64,000 bases of DNA from Gemmatimonadaceae bacterium. GTDB taxonomy: Bacteria > Gemmatimonadota > Gemmatimonadetes > Gemmatimonadales > Gemmatimonadaceae. The notes beneath the pieces are model-generated. The model was not told the origin of the DNA and searched no databases. It worked only from the letters and a program-made list of their open reading frames with translations. Positions within the stretch are counted from its first letter, which is position 1. Every line of letters begins with the position of its first letter. Made by a program: the position numbers and the translations under genes. Positions 36,227 through 45,634 of this stretch are shown piece by piece. The stretch lies in contig JBJMOW010000004.1 of assembly GCA_045803545.1 (NCBI GenBank), forward strand, positions 1,024,001-1,088,000, written 5' to 3'.

Positions 36227-37786
36227 CTACTTGCTGATCGTCACGTCAGTCCAACGCTGACCGCTGAACACTGCCGGCACGGCGAAGCCGTGAATCCAGG
36301 GCTGAATGGCGTACATATCCTTGTAGAAAAACAGATACGCCATCGGTGCGTCGGCGAATTGAAGCGAATCCGCCTGCGCGTACAATGCGTTTCGCTTTGA
36401 CTCGTCCTGCTCGCGGTGCGCCTGATCCACCAGCGCGTCGAATTTGGGATTCGAGTAGAAGGAGACGTTGCCGCCGGGCCCTTTGTTCTTGCTGTGCAAC
36501 AGCGGGAACAGGAAGTTCTCCGCGTCGGGATAATCTGCCCACCATTCCTTGACGTAGAGATCGGCGGCTCCTTTGCGCGCTGCCTCGCGCACCGACGATG
36601 CGTCGCGCTGCACGATCTTCGCGCGGATGCCGGCTTCGGCGAGATTGGCCTGAATTGCCTGCGACAGTCGTGGGGACTGGTCGGTCGTGGCCGCCCAGAG
36701 CTCGACGTCGATGCCATTGGGGTGTCCGGCGGCGGTGAGAAGCTGTTTGGCTTTGGCGACGTCGTGCCCATATGGTTTGCGATTGGCGTCGTAGCCGGGG
36801 AGAGTTGGCGGAACGACGCCGTTGGCAACGGCACCGCGGCCGGCCATGACTGCGCTCAGGATGGTGTTGACATCGATTGCGTAGTTCAGCGCCTGTCGCA
36901 CGCGAACATCGGCGAGGGGACCGCGAGTGGTGTTGATCGCGACATACCAGAAGCGAAGCGCGGGAGCGGACTGCAACAGCTTGCTCTTGTCGGGATCCGC
37001 CTGCCACGACTTCCCTGTCTCATCCGGTACGGTCAACACATCGACGTTGCCGGCCTCGAACTCGGCGGTGGCTGTGCTCATCTCGGGAATGATGCGCGCC
37101 ATCAGCGAGTCGCTCTTGGGCAGTCCGTCGAAGTAGTTCGGATTCTTTGCAAACTTGAGGTAATCGTCGTGTTTCCATTCGACGAACTTCCACGGGCCGG
37201 TCCCAATTGGCTTCTGGCCGAAGTCGCTGCCGGCGTTGTCAGGCACGATGGAGTTTACCGGCATTGCCAGCATCTTCGGGAAGATCGAGTAGGGCTCCTT
37301 GAGCGTGATCACGACAGTCGTGTCATTTGGCGCGGCGAGGCCGGTTATCGATGATCCCTTCCCGCCGGCGAAATCCTCAGCGCCTTTGATCGGAAATAGT
37401 GGCCAACCACGCCCGCCCTTCGTCTTAGGGTCGAGGACGCGCTGGAAAGTCGAAACCACATTTTTCGCGGTGAAGTTCGAGCCGTCATGGAACTTGACGC
37501 CGCTGTGCAGGTGAAACGTGTAAGTGAGGCCGTCAGGTGTCACTTCCCAGGACTTGGCGAGTCCGGGGACGACTTTGGCGTCAGCGGTAAATCGAGTGAG
37601 TCCGTCGAAGATGTACGCCACCGCGCGACCGGTCGGCACGTCCGTCGAGAGTGCCGGGTCCATCGATCGCGGGTCGTAAGTATCGCGCGAATCGATCAGT
37701 GTTTTGCGTTGAGGAGCTGATGATTCACCACCACCGCCACCACAGCTGAGAAGTGCGGGTATTACGAAGAGGATTAGTCGCCGCAT
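36227..37786 (-). CDS. Peptide ABC transporter substrate-binding lipoprotein (family 5, DppA-like)
   Basis: Lipobox MRRLILFVIPALLS-C, PGLAKSWE, YTFHL..GVKFHDG, IGTGPW and VRQALNYAID motifs. Confidence 0.9.
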   Translation of the reverse strand: MRRLILFVIPALLSCGGGGGESSAPQRKTLIDSRDTYDPRSMDPALSTDVPTGRAVAYIFDGLTRFTADAKVVPGLAKSWEVTPDGLTYTFHLHSGVKFHDGSNFTAKNVVSTFQRVLDPKTKGGRGWPLFPIKGAEDFAGGKGSSITGLAAPNDTTVVITLKEPYSIFPKMLAMPVNSIVPDNAGSDFGQKPIGTGPWKFVEWKHDDYLKFAKNPNYFDGLPKSDSLMARIIPEMSTATAEFEAGNVDVLTVPDETGKSWQADPDKSKLLQSAPALRFWYVAINTTRGPLADVRVRQALNYAIDVNTILSAVMAGRGAVANGVVPPTLPGYDANRKPYGHDVAKAKQLLTAAGHPNGIDVELWAATTDQSPRLSQAIQANLAEAGIRAKIVQRDASSVREAARKGAADLYVKEWWADYPDAENFLFPLLHSKNKGPGGNVSFYSNPKFDALVDQAHREQDESKRNALYAQADSLQFADAPMAYLFFYKDMYAIQPWIHGFAVPAVFSGQRWTDVTISK

Positions 37787-37855
37787 GGTGTGCTCTGACG
37801 GTTGACATGAAGGGGCGAAAGTGGAGAACTTTCGCGCACCCAAAAAGGCCTCATC

Positions 37856-38128
37856 GTGAGCGCAGAATACTATTATCGCCGCCAACTCGGCGCCAAGGAT
37901 CTGTTGCCGGCAGTTGGTCTCGGCGTCGCCACGGGTTTGGCCGCGTTCTACATTGTGCAACTCTTAATCCAGCGTACGCCTCTGGTGCCTCAAGGCGATT
38001 TGCCACGGACGCCGACGGCGCCGCCACGGAGAATGCTGGGCGATCGGACCGAGCCGGAGACAGAGACCCACTACGCGCGAGAGCTGCCGGCGGGTCAACC
38101 ACCGGGCGCGCGCGCACTGAAAGGGTGA
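37856..38128 (+). CDS. Small single-TM protein
   Basis: 90 aa with one TM segment. Its stop overlaps the next GTG (GTGA). Confidence 0.55.
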   Translation: MSAEYYYRRQLGAKDLLPAVGLGVATGLAAFYIVQLLIQRTPLVPQGDLPRTPTAPPRRMLGDRTEPETETHYARELPAGQPPGARALKG

Positions 38129-40377
38129 AGCTGACCCGGGTTCGACTCGGGCTTTTCACCGTATTCGCCTTCCTCGCAGCGACTCCGCTTGTCAGTGCTC
38201 GCGCTCAGGACATCGAGTGCGAGCGCGGAGACCTCGAGGTAATGCAACTCAATTTCGAGGGCAATCATGCATTGTCCGACGCCGAGCTCGCGCGAGCGAT
38301 TGTAACGACACCGTCCTCGTGGGCCCGCCGCTTCCTGCATCTGCCGTTCACCACCAAGCATTGCCTCGACCGGGTCGAGCTGCCGAACGATAGAGCGCGG
38401 CTGATCATTCTGTATCGACGTCGCGGGTTCCCCAAGGTGAAAGTGGACACGGCGGTGAAGGTGCTGGCGCCGGGCGCAGTCGCGGTCACGTTCACGATCA
38501 ACGAGGGGCCCCCGATGATTCTGCGCGGCTTCGGCGTTCAGGGACTCGACTCTGTTCCGGAAGGGCCGCGCTTGCTGCGATCTATCAGGATTAGCGAAGG
38601 AATGCGGTTCGATCGCACGACGATGGATACCGCTGCCAACAGCATTCGTGAGCGACTGCACAACAGCGGATACCCGCGCGCAGTCGCCGAGAACCATCCC
38701 GTCGTCAATGACAGTTCATTGAGTGGCTGGGACACGCTGGTGGTCACGGCCGGACCACGAACGAGAATCGGGGCGATCAAGATCGACGTGACGCCGCTCA
38801 CCGATAGGAAGCAGCAGATTCCTACCCGCATCGTCAGGAAGATCATGGGTCTCGATTCCGGTCAGCTTTATCGCGAGAGTGAGATTCTCGATTCACAACG
38901 CGCGATCTACCAGACCGAGGCATATCAGCACGTGTCGATCGCGCCGGACAGCGGCGCCGATTCTCTGGTGACGCTTTACGTAAATCTGGCGGAAGCGCCG
39001 ATGCACGCGGCGCGCGTCGGAGCCGGCTACGGCACACTCGATTGCTTTCGGCTCACCGGCGAATACACGGACTACAACTTCCTGAACGGCGCGCGCAGAC
39101 TCGATCTCACCACTCGTGTCTCGAAGATCGGAATCGGGCGGCCGCTGGATTGGGAGCCCAACCTGTGTCCCGCCGCGAAGAAGGATGTCTTCAGCAATCG
39201 GCTCAACTACTACGCCGGCGCAACGCTGCGACAGCCGGTGTTCCTCGGCTTGCGGACGGTGCCGACGCTGACGGTGTACTCGCAGCGGATCTCGGAATAC
39301 AACGCATATCTGCGGACAACGTCCATCGGTGGCGCGGCGTCGTTGATCTGGCGCAGCCTCACACGCACACCGGTGAATCTGACCTACTCGATGGATCTCG
39401 GACGCACCGAAGCGCAGCCGGCTCTGTTCTGCGCGGTGTTCAATCTGTGTGAGGCGGCCGAGCGCGAGCGGATACAACGGACACAGCAGCTGGCGATCCT
39501 GAGCCTCGCGGTAACGCGCGACAACTCGAACAATTTGTTATCGCCAACTCGCGGTTCGGTGATTCGGTTGGAGGCTCGGCATTCTTCGCCGGCGATCCTC
39601 TCCAACAAGGACCTGCAGTTCAACAAGCTGGTCGGCGATGCTTCACGTTACATCGCGGTTGGCAGCTCGGTGATTGCAATGCGCGTCCGTGGCGGGTCGG
39701 TCTTTGGCCGCAACGTTCAATCAGCGACCGGGTTCATCCCGCCGCAGGAGCGTCTCTATGCCGGTGGTCCGACAACTGTGCGCGGATTCGCTCAGAATGA
39801 GCTTGGGTCGCTCATCTACATCTCCGGGTCTCAGGAAGCATTCTTCATCGACAACCCAAACGGGACCCGCGATACGGTGCTGCTGCAGGAGCACACGGAC
39901 AGCGCTGTCCGGCGAACCGTGCCTGTGGGCGGTAACTCTTTGGTTGTGGGGAATCTCGAGCTCAGAATGCGCAGTCCATTCCTGTCGGAGCTGCTGCAAT
40001 GGACCCTTTTTACGGATGCAGGCGAGGTATGGAATCGGGGTACTGGCCAGCTTAAGCAGGTGAAGCTCAAAGTGACGCCAGGAATTCAACTTACGGCGTT
40101 CTCTCCGGTGGGACCTGTGCGTCTAGCAGTAGGGTACAATCCATACCGCCGACCGCCGGGGCCGATCTACTTTGAAGGGACCAGTCTGGGTGGTGAGTTA
40201 TTGTGCGTAAGTCCGTTCAACACCATCAAGACACACATCACGTACGATACGAATGGGAATCCGACGAGCATTAGTCAGGACCCGGGCGGCATCTGTCCCT
40301 CGACGTATCAACCGCCGACGGACAACAGTCTTCGCAGCAAGCTCACGTTCAGCTTCGCGATCGGTCAGGCTTTCTAA
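38125..40377 (+). CDS. tamA: Omp85 family (TamA/BamA-like) outer membrane protein
   Basis: Signal peptide, POTRA-like repeats, YAGGPTTVRGF motif and C-terminal FAIGQAF. Adjacent to tamB. Confidence 0.8.
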   Translation: MKLTRVRLGLFTVFAFLAATPLVSARAQDIECERGDLEVMQLNFEGNHALSDAELARAIVTTPSSWARRFLHLPFTTKHCLDRVELPNDRARLIILYRRRGFPKVKVDTAVKVLAPGAVAVTFTINEGPPMILRGFGVQGLDSVPEGPRLLRSIRISEGMRFDRTTMDTAANSIRERLHNSGYPRAVAENHPVVNDSSLSGWDTLVVTAGPRTRIGAIKIDVTPLTDRKQQIPTRIVRKIMGLDSGQLYRESEILDSQRAIYQTEAYQHVSIAPDSGADSLVTLYVNLAEAPMHAARVGAGYGTLDCFRLTGEYTDYNFLNGARRLDLTTRVSKIGIGRPLDWEPNLCPAAKKDVFSNRLNYYAGATLRQPVFLGLRTVPTLTVYSQRISEYNAYLRTTSIGGAASLIWRSLTRTPVNLTYSMDLGRTEAQPALFCAVFNLCEAAERERIQRTQQLAILSLAVTRDNSNNLLSPTRGSVIRLEARHSSPAILSNKDLQFNKLVGDASRYIAVGSSVIAMRVRGGSVFGRNVQSATGFIPPQERLYAGGPTTVRGFAQNELGSLIYISGSQEAFFIDNPNGTRDTVLLQEHTDSAVRRTVPVGGNSLVVGNLELRMRSPFLSELLQWTLFTDAGEVWNRGTGQLKQVKLKVTPGIQLTAFSPVGPVRLAVGYNPYRRPPGPIYFEGTSLGGELLCVSPFNTIKTHITYDTNGNPTSISQDPGGICPSTYQPPTDNSLRSKLTFSFAIGQAF

Positions 40378-40413
40378 GCCGGGCTTCCGCCTCTCGCCTC
40401 TCGCCCTCCGCGA

Positions 40414-43400
40414 ATGACCCGGCGTCTCCGCATCGCCATCGGCAGCGCGATCATCCTGTTCGGGTTGATCATGATTGTCGTGCTCGGCTTCATCGGCATC
40501 ACGCATACGAGCGTGGGCCAGGAGCGTGTGCGGAGCATGATCGCGACCCTACTCGAAGGTAAGGTCAAAGGAAGAGTCTATCTCGGCCACCTGAGCGGCG
40601 GCCTCGTCGGCGGAGTCACAATCGACTCGGTCGAAATTCGCGACGACGAGGATTCGGTGTTTTTCGCATCGGGACCAATCACGGTTGCATACGATCCACG
40701 CGATTTGCTGGATCGCCGCATTCTCTTCAGTCGGGTTGAGGCGCAGCGGCCCTACGTGCACCTGCGTCAGCACGAGAACGGCGAGTGGAATTTCCGCCGC
40801 ATTTTCCCGGCGAGCGTGGAGAAGCAGCAGCGAAATCAGCGCGGGTTCGGACAGTACATCGTCGCCGACACGTCGATCGTCCGCGATGCGCGGATGGATC
40901 TGACACTGCCTTGGCACCTGTCCGACACTCTGCGTGGCTACAAGCGCGACAGCGCGGTGCGCTACGAGCTCACGCGCAAAGATCACGAGATTCACAAGAC
41001 GCGTGAGGGTTATGCGCGCACCTGGCGCTGGAGTGATATCGACGCCGACCTCGGCTACGCTCGCATCGCAGATCCTGACACAGTCGGTCGTTTGATTCGC
41101 ATTCGGAATGTCAGCCTGACTGAGACGGATCCGCCGTTCAAGTTCCGAAACGTCGCCGGTACTTTCCTGAATCTTGGCGACTCGGTGTTCATCGATGCCG
41201 ATCATTTTGATCTGCCCGGATCCACCGGTCGCGCGCACGGCAGCGTGATCTGGGGCAGCGATCTGCCTGTTCGCTATTACATACATGTAGTAGGAGACTC
41301 AGTCTCCCTCGCCGATGTAGCGTGGGTGTATCCGACGCTGCCTAAGACGGGCAGTGGCAAGATGGAGCTCGACATCCGCAGCGAGCGAAATCCCAAGCTT
41401 CTCGACTACATCATCAGCAACATGGATGTGCGCTCGACTCGCTCGCACCTGCTCGGCAATATGACGTTTGGCACCGGGGGTAGCGTACTGGCGGTGAAGA
41501 ATGTCGAGCTGCAGGCAGCGCCGGTGAATTTCGACTTGCTGCGGACGCTGAACGGCAAGCCGTTCCCGTACAACTGGCAGGGAAACATCACCGGTACGGT
41601 GCGGGCGTCGGGCGGCCCACTCAATCACTTCAAGGTTGAGGAGTCGGCGTTGATCTTCGACGACGCCAACGTGGCCGGCGCCGAGACCGAGGCGCGCGGC
41701 AATGGCGAGCTGGACATCCTGTTCCCGGCGTTCACTGCCTTTCACGCATTCAACGTCGACGTCGCGACGCTCGATCTGCGCACACTGCAGTACCTCAATC
41801 CGCAGTTCCCGCGGATCAAAGGCACCGTCTCGGGCACTGCGACGCTGGACTCCTCGTGGCTGGACGTTCGCTTCAGCAACGCCAGCCTGTTCCATCACGA
41901 TGGCAACCTCCCGCTGTCGCATGCAACGGGGAATGGCCGCATCACGTGGGGCGAGAAGTATCTCACCTACGATTTGAATCTTCACGCCGAACCGCTGTCG
42001 TTTACCGCGCTGGTGCACTCTTATCCGTTGCTGCCACTGCGCGGCAGCTACCAGGGCCCGGTGCAGGTGAAGGGACAGTCGCCCGGCCTACTGGTGAACG
42101 CGACCCTGACCGGACCGGCCGGCCAGTTCGCGTACAGCGGGCTCGTCGACGCGGATCCTTTGGTCTACGGTGCACGTGGGCGCGCGACTTCGACCGCGCT
42201 CGATTTGCGCACGCTGATGGACAACAGTCAGCTACCGCACACTCAGCTCACCGGGCGCTATGATCTGGATCTGCACGGCGCTGACCTGCCGTCACTCGCG
42301 GGCAGTGCAGTAGCGCAGATCGAGAAGTCGACACTCGGCGGATTCCGCGTCGATCCGTCGGTGGCACGCTTGCATTTCGCGAACGGCGTAGCGACTGTCG
42401 ACACCCTCGCGATCAACGCATCGGGACTGCAGGCGAGCGCGGCCGGCACCTTCGCGCTGACAGGAGCGCACCAGGGCTCGCTGAAGTTTTCGGCGGAGAT
42501 GGATTCGCTGGCGCGGCTGCGCACTCTGGTGCCGGCGCTCGCAACCAACGCTCAACTCGATTCGCTGCGCGGCAGCGGCCAGCTTACCGGCGAGCTCTCG
42601 GGCAGTATTGAGCATCTCGCGCTAAATGGAGTGATCCGCGCCAACGATGTCAGTTTCGGCAGACAGAGCGTAGAGAGCATTCGTGGTACACTGCTTCTCG
42701 CGGACATCACCAAACAGCCTACAGGCTCCTTCCTCTTCGGCGCGGACACCGTCGCGCTTGGACCCGTCGGGTTCAACAGCATGCGGGCAACAATAGCGCT
42801 GACCTCGCCGACGTCCGGGCATTTCAGCGCATCCATGCTGAGTCAGAGCGGCGTGTCGACCGAGCTCGCCGGCAACATCACACGCAGCAAGGACACGACA
42901 ATCGTGCGCCTTGACAGCGCAGCGGTTGACGTCGACGCGGACAACAGATATCGGCTACAGTCGCCGAGCAAGGCGGTATTGTCGAAGGGATTTCTGTCGC
43001 TCGATTCATTGATTCTGCAACACAGCAGCAACGCCAAGCTCATCGTCCAGAACCTGCGCTTTACCGGCGACTCGATCAACGGACACATTCGCACGGACAG
43101 CGTCGACATGCGTCTCTTCCGCGCCTTCGTACCGGGACTGGTAGACGCTCGCGGCGCGATTGTCGCCGACGTCGACGTGCGCGGCGCGGTCAAGCAGCCG
43201 CGTCTCTATGGCCAGATCACGTTGCCGGATGGAACTGCTGCCTTCTCAAACCTCGGCACACGTTTCAATCACATCCGCGCGAACATCACGCTCGACGGCG
43301 ATTCCGTGCACATCAAGCAGTTGTCGGCGGAGACCAACAAGGACCGTCGCGGATCGGCGAACGTGACGGGCACGGTGAGCTTCGAGCATTATGACAATCC

Positions 43401-44577
43401 GTCATTCTCGATCGTGGCAAACGCGTCGAACTTCCACGCCATCGACAAGCCTGGACTGGCAGCGCTCGACATCTCGACTGGACCGCCAGTGACGCTTAGC
43501 GGGTCAACGCAGGACGCGGTTTTGCACGGCGCCGTCCGCGTCGAACGCGGGTCGATCTACATCCCGGAAGTCATCAAGAAGAACGTGATCGACTTGAACG
43601 ATCCCGATCTGCAGACGACCGTCGACACGCTGCTGTCGCAGAATCGAGAAGTGATGCCGCGCGCGCCAAAGGCAGTCGCACGCAATCTCCGGCTTGAAGA
43701 TGTGAACGTCGATATCGGACCCGACGTCTGGCTGCGTTCATCGGAAGCCAACATCAAGCTGGGCGGGTCGCTGAACGTGACGATGGCATCCGGCGGTCCT
43801 GGCCAGCCACCGCAGCTGGCGTTGCAGGGAATCTTGAGCGCAGACAAAGGCACCTATCGACTGAACCTGGTCGACCCATTCGTCCAACCGACCTTCGACG
43901 TGCAACGCGGAACGCTGACGTTCTACGGAGACACTCAGCTGAATCCGCTGCTCGACATCGCCGCCATTCACACGGTTCGTCAGCCGAGGATTCAGACCGC
44001 AAACGGTCGTGACGTGCGTGTGGAGGTCGACATCACCGGTACACTGGCGCGGCCATCGCTCGCGCTCAAGAATCCGGACAACCTGCCGTTGTCCGAGAGC
44101 GACTTGCTCAGTTATCTGGTGACGGGTGAGCCGGCGGTCGGTCTCGACAACACCGGAACGCAGGTCGCCGCCCTCGGCGTCCGTACCGCGGCCAACCTGC
44201 TGGTGAGCGCATTGCCGAGGAACGTCGTCGATTATCTGGAGATCCAGACGGCAGCGCCCGGTAGCGATCCAAATCAGGCGTCCTCACTGTCGCAATACTA
44301 CGGGTTGTTGAACACCCGCGCGATACTCGGCAAGCAGGTTGGCAGCAAGTGGTTTGTCGGCCTCAGCACTGGACTATGTTTCGTAAGCTCCAGTCTTTTC
44401 AAAGAGAATTTGGGCCTGCAGCTCGAGTACAGAATCAGTCCGGTGTTGAGTGCACAGGCCGCAATCGAGCCGGGCTCCAGCGCTCGGTGCGACCCGACTG
44501 GTCAGAAGCTGGTGATCCCGCCGAACCAGACTCCATCACAGCTCGGCTTCGACCTCTTTCGCAACTGGCGTTTCTAA
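40414..44577 (+). CDS. tamB: Translocation and assembly module TamB-like protein
   Basis: N-terminal TM anchor, long beta-strand-rich body and DUF490-like C-terminus (ITGTLARP...LSESDLLSYLVTG). Confidence 0.8.
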   Translation: MTRRLRIAIGSAIILFGLIMIVVLGFIGITHTSVGQERVRSMIATLLEGKVKGRVYLGHLSGGLVGGVTIDSVEIRDDEDSVFFASGPITVAYDPRDLLDRRILFSRVEAQRPYVHLRQHENGEWNFRRIFPASVEKQQRNQRGFGQYIVADTSIVRDARMDLTLPWHLSDTLRGYKRDSAVRYELTRKDHEIHKTREGYARTWRWSDIDADLGYARIADPDTVGRLIRIRNVSLTETDPPFKFRNVAGTFLNLGDSVFIDADHFDLPGSTGRAHGSVIWGSDLPVRYYIHVVGDSVSLADVAWVYPTLPKTGSGKMELDIRSERNPKLLDYIISNMDVRSTRSHLLGNMTFGTGGSVLAVKNVELQAAPVNFDLLRTLNGKPFPYNWQGNITGTVRASGGPLNHFKVEESALIFDDANVAGAETEARGNGELDILFPAFTAFHAFNVDVATLDLRTLQYLNPQFPRIKGTVSGTATLDSSWLDVRFSNASLFHHDGNLPLSHATGNGRITWGEKYLTYDLNLHAEPLSFTALVHSYPLLPLRGSYQGPVQVKGQSPGLLVNATLTGPAGQFAYSGLVDADPLVYGARGRATSTALDLRTLMDNSQLPHTQLTGRYDLDLHGADLPSLAGSAVAQIEKSTLGGFRVDPSVARLHFANGVATVDTLAINASGLQASAAGTFALTGAHQGSLKFSAEMDSLARLRTLVPALATNAQLDSLRGSGQLTGELSGSIEHLALNGVIRANDVSFGRQSVESIRGTLLLADITKQPTGSFLFGADTVALGPVGFNSMRATIALTSPTSGHFSASMLSQSGVSTELAGNITRSKDTTIVRLDSAAVDVDADNRYRLQSPSKAVLSKGFLSLDSLILQHSSNAKLIVQNLRFTGDSINGHIRTDSVDMRLFRAFVPGLVDARGAIVADVDVRGAVKQPRLYGQITLPDGTAAFSNLGTRFNHIRANITLDGDSVHIKQLSAETNKDRRGSANVTGTVSFEHYDNPSFSIVANASNFHAIDKPGLAALDISTGPPVTLSGSTQDAVLHGAVRVERGSIYIPEVIKKNVIDLNDPDLQTTVDTLLSQNREVMPRAPKAVARNLRLEDVNVDIGPDVWLRSSEANIKLGGSLNVTMASGGPGQPPQLALQGILSADKGTYRLNLVDPFVQPTFDVQRGTLTFYGDTQLNPLLDIAAIHTVRQPRIQTANGRDVRVEVDITGTLARPSLALKNPDNLPLSESDLLSYLVTGEPAVGLDNTGTQVAALGVRTAANLLVSALPRNVVDYLEIQTAAPGSDPNQASSLSQYYGLLNTRAILGKQVGSKWFVGLSTGLCFVSSSLFKENLGLQLEYRISPVLSAQAAIEPGSSARCDPTGQKLVIPPNQTPSQLGFDLFRNWRF

Positions 44578-44678
44578 ACGACGGTTGACTCGTCAGTTAA
44601 CGAGTTTCGGGTCTCTCGGATAGGCAGCATCCTGCAATTGCGAGTGTGATGGCTAACAACCTGCGCGAAAAGGATTCG

Positions 44679-44861
44679 ATGCTTTGCCGCTCCTGCGGTA
44701 ATGAGGAGCGTGCATCCGAAGGCTACCCGTGTACAGATTGCGGAACGTTCATCTGTGTCATCTGCATCTTTCGCGGCGTCACGCTCTGCAAATCATGCGT
44801 CCAGAAACGTCCCGAACCACCGCTGACAGTTCCCCAGAAGCCCGACTGGCCGGAGCATTGA
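44679..44861 (+). CDS. Eight-cysteine zinc-finger-like microprotein
   Basis: AAGGA RBS and four CxxC motifs (CRSC, CTDC, CVIC, CKSC). The stop overlaps the next TTG. Confidence 0.7.
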   Translation: MLCRSCGNEERASEGYPCTDCGTFICVICIFRGVTLCKSCVQKRPEPPLTVPQKPDWPEH

Positions 44862-45631
44862 GCGAAAGTGTAACCGCCATCGCGCCAATCGCACCGATGT
44901 TGTGCGAGCCGGATGTGAAAACGACCCAGGTCTCACAGCTATTGCATGGCCACATCGCTCAGGTACTCGAGCGCAGGGGGTTGTGGCTCAACGTGAAAGG
45001 CGCCGACGGTTATCCGGGCTGGGTACATCAGGGCTACGTGGTCATTGTGCCCGAGCCGGTGCCGCCGCTCGAGGACACAGGCTGGAACGATCGGCGACCC
45101 TTATCACTCGGCTGCACTGTCCGCGACGAGCACGGCGCCACGCGCAAACTTCCACTCGGCGCGCTGATCACCGAGGGGCAGGAGCGCTTCGGCGGATTAG
45201 CGATGAGTTATGAAGAGCGGCGTCACGCATTTCCGCCCGCCGCCGACTCGATCAACGCATCAGCGATGACTTTCTTCGAAGGCACATCGTATGAGTGGGG
45301 CGGCGTCACGCCGTGGGGATGCGATTGTTCAGGACTGGTATCGAGCTCGTTTCATCTGCACGGAGTCAATGTTCCGCGCGACGCGTGGATGCAGGCGATG
45401 ACCGGCATTCCGGTCGCGATGAATCAGCTGCAGCCGGCTGATTTGCTGTTCTTCTCCGACGAGCCCGACGGCAAGATCACGCACGTCGCGATCTCTCTGG
45501 GCGGAACTCGAGTCGTTCATCTGGCGCTGGGACGCGGAGGCTACGCGGTCGATGATCTCAAGTCAGGCGACGAATACACCAATCTTCTCACGACAAGGTT
45601 TCGCTTCGCCCGACGAATTTTGGTTGACTGA
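44858..45631 (+). CDS. SH3 + NlpC/P60 (C40) peptidase, YkfC-like gamma-D-glutamyl endopeptidase
   Basis: SQLLHG...DGYPGWV SH3b region, then YEWGG, DCSG, PRDA, DLLFF and HVAI motifs. Confidence 0.85.
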   Translation: MSESVTAIAPIAPMLCEPDVKTTQVSQLLHGHIAQVLERRGLWLNVKGADGYPGWVHQGYVVIVPEPVPPLEDTGWNDRRPLSLGCTVRDEHGATRKLPLGALITEGQERFGGLAMSYEERRHAFPPAADSINASAMTFFEGTSYEWGGVTPWGCDCSGLVSSSFHLHGVNVPRDAWMQAMTGIPVAMNQLQPADLLFFSDEPDGKITHVAISLGGTRVVHLALGRGGYAVDDLKSGDEYTNLLTTRFRFARRILVD

Positions 45632-45634
45632 AAT

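Noticed and set aside
37753..38124. N-terminal extension of the TamA ORF (and of the binding-protein ORF to 37960)
   Set aside because: Signal peptides begin at 38125 and 37786, and the extensions overlap other genes.
44588..44607. Hairpin after tamB as a terminator or riboswitch
   Set aside because: The stem is only 6 bp with a short U tract, and no riboswitch consensus was recognised.
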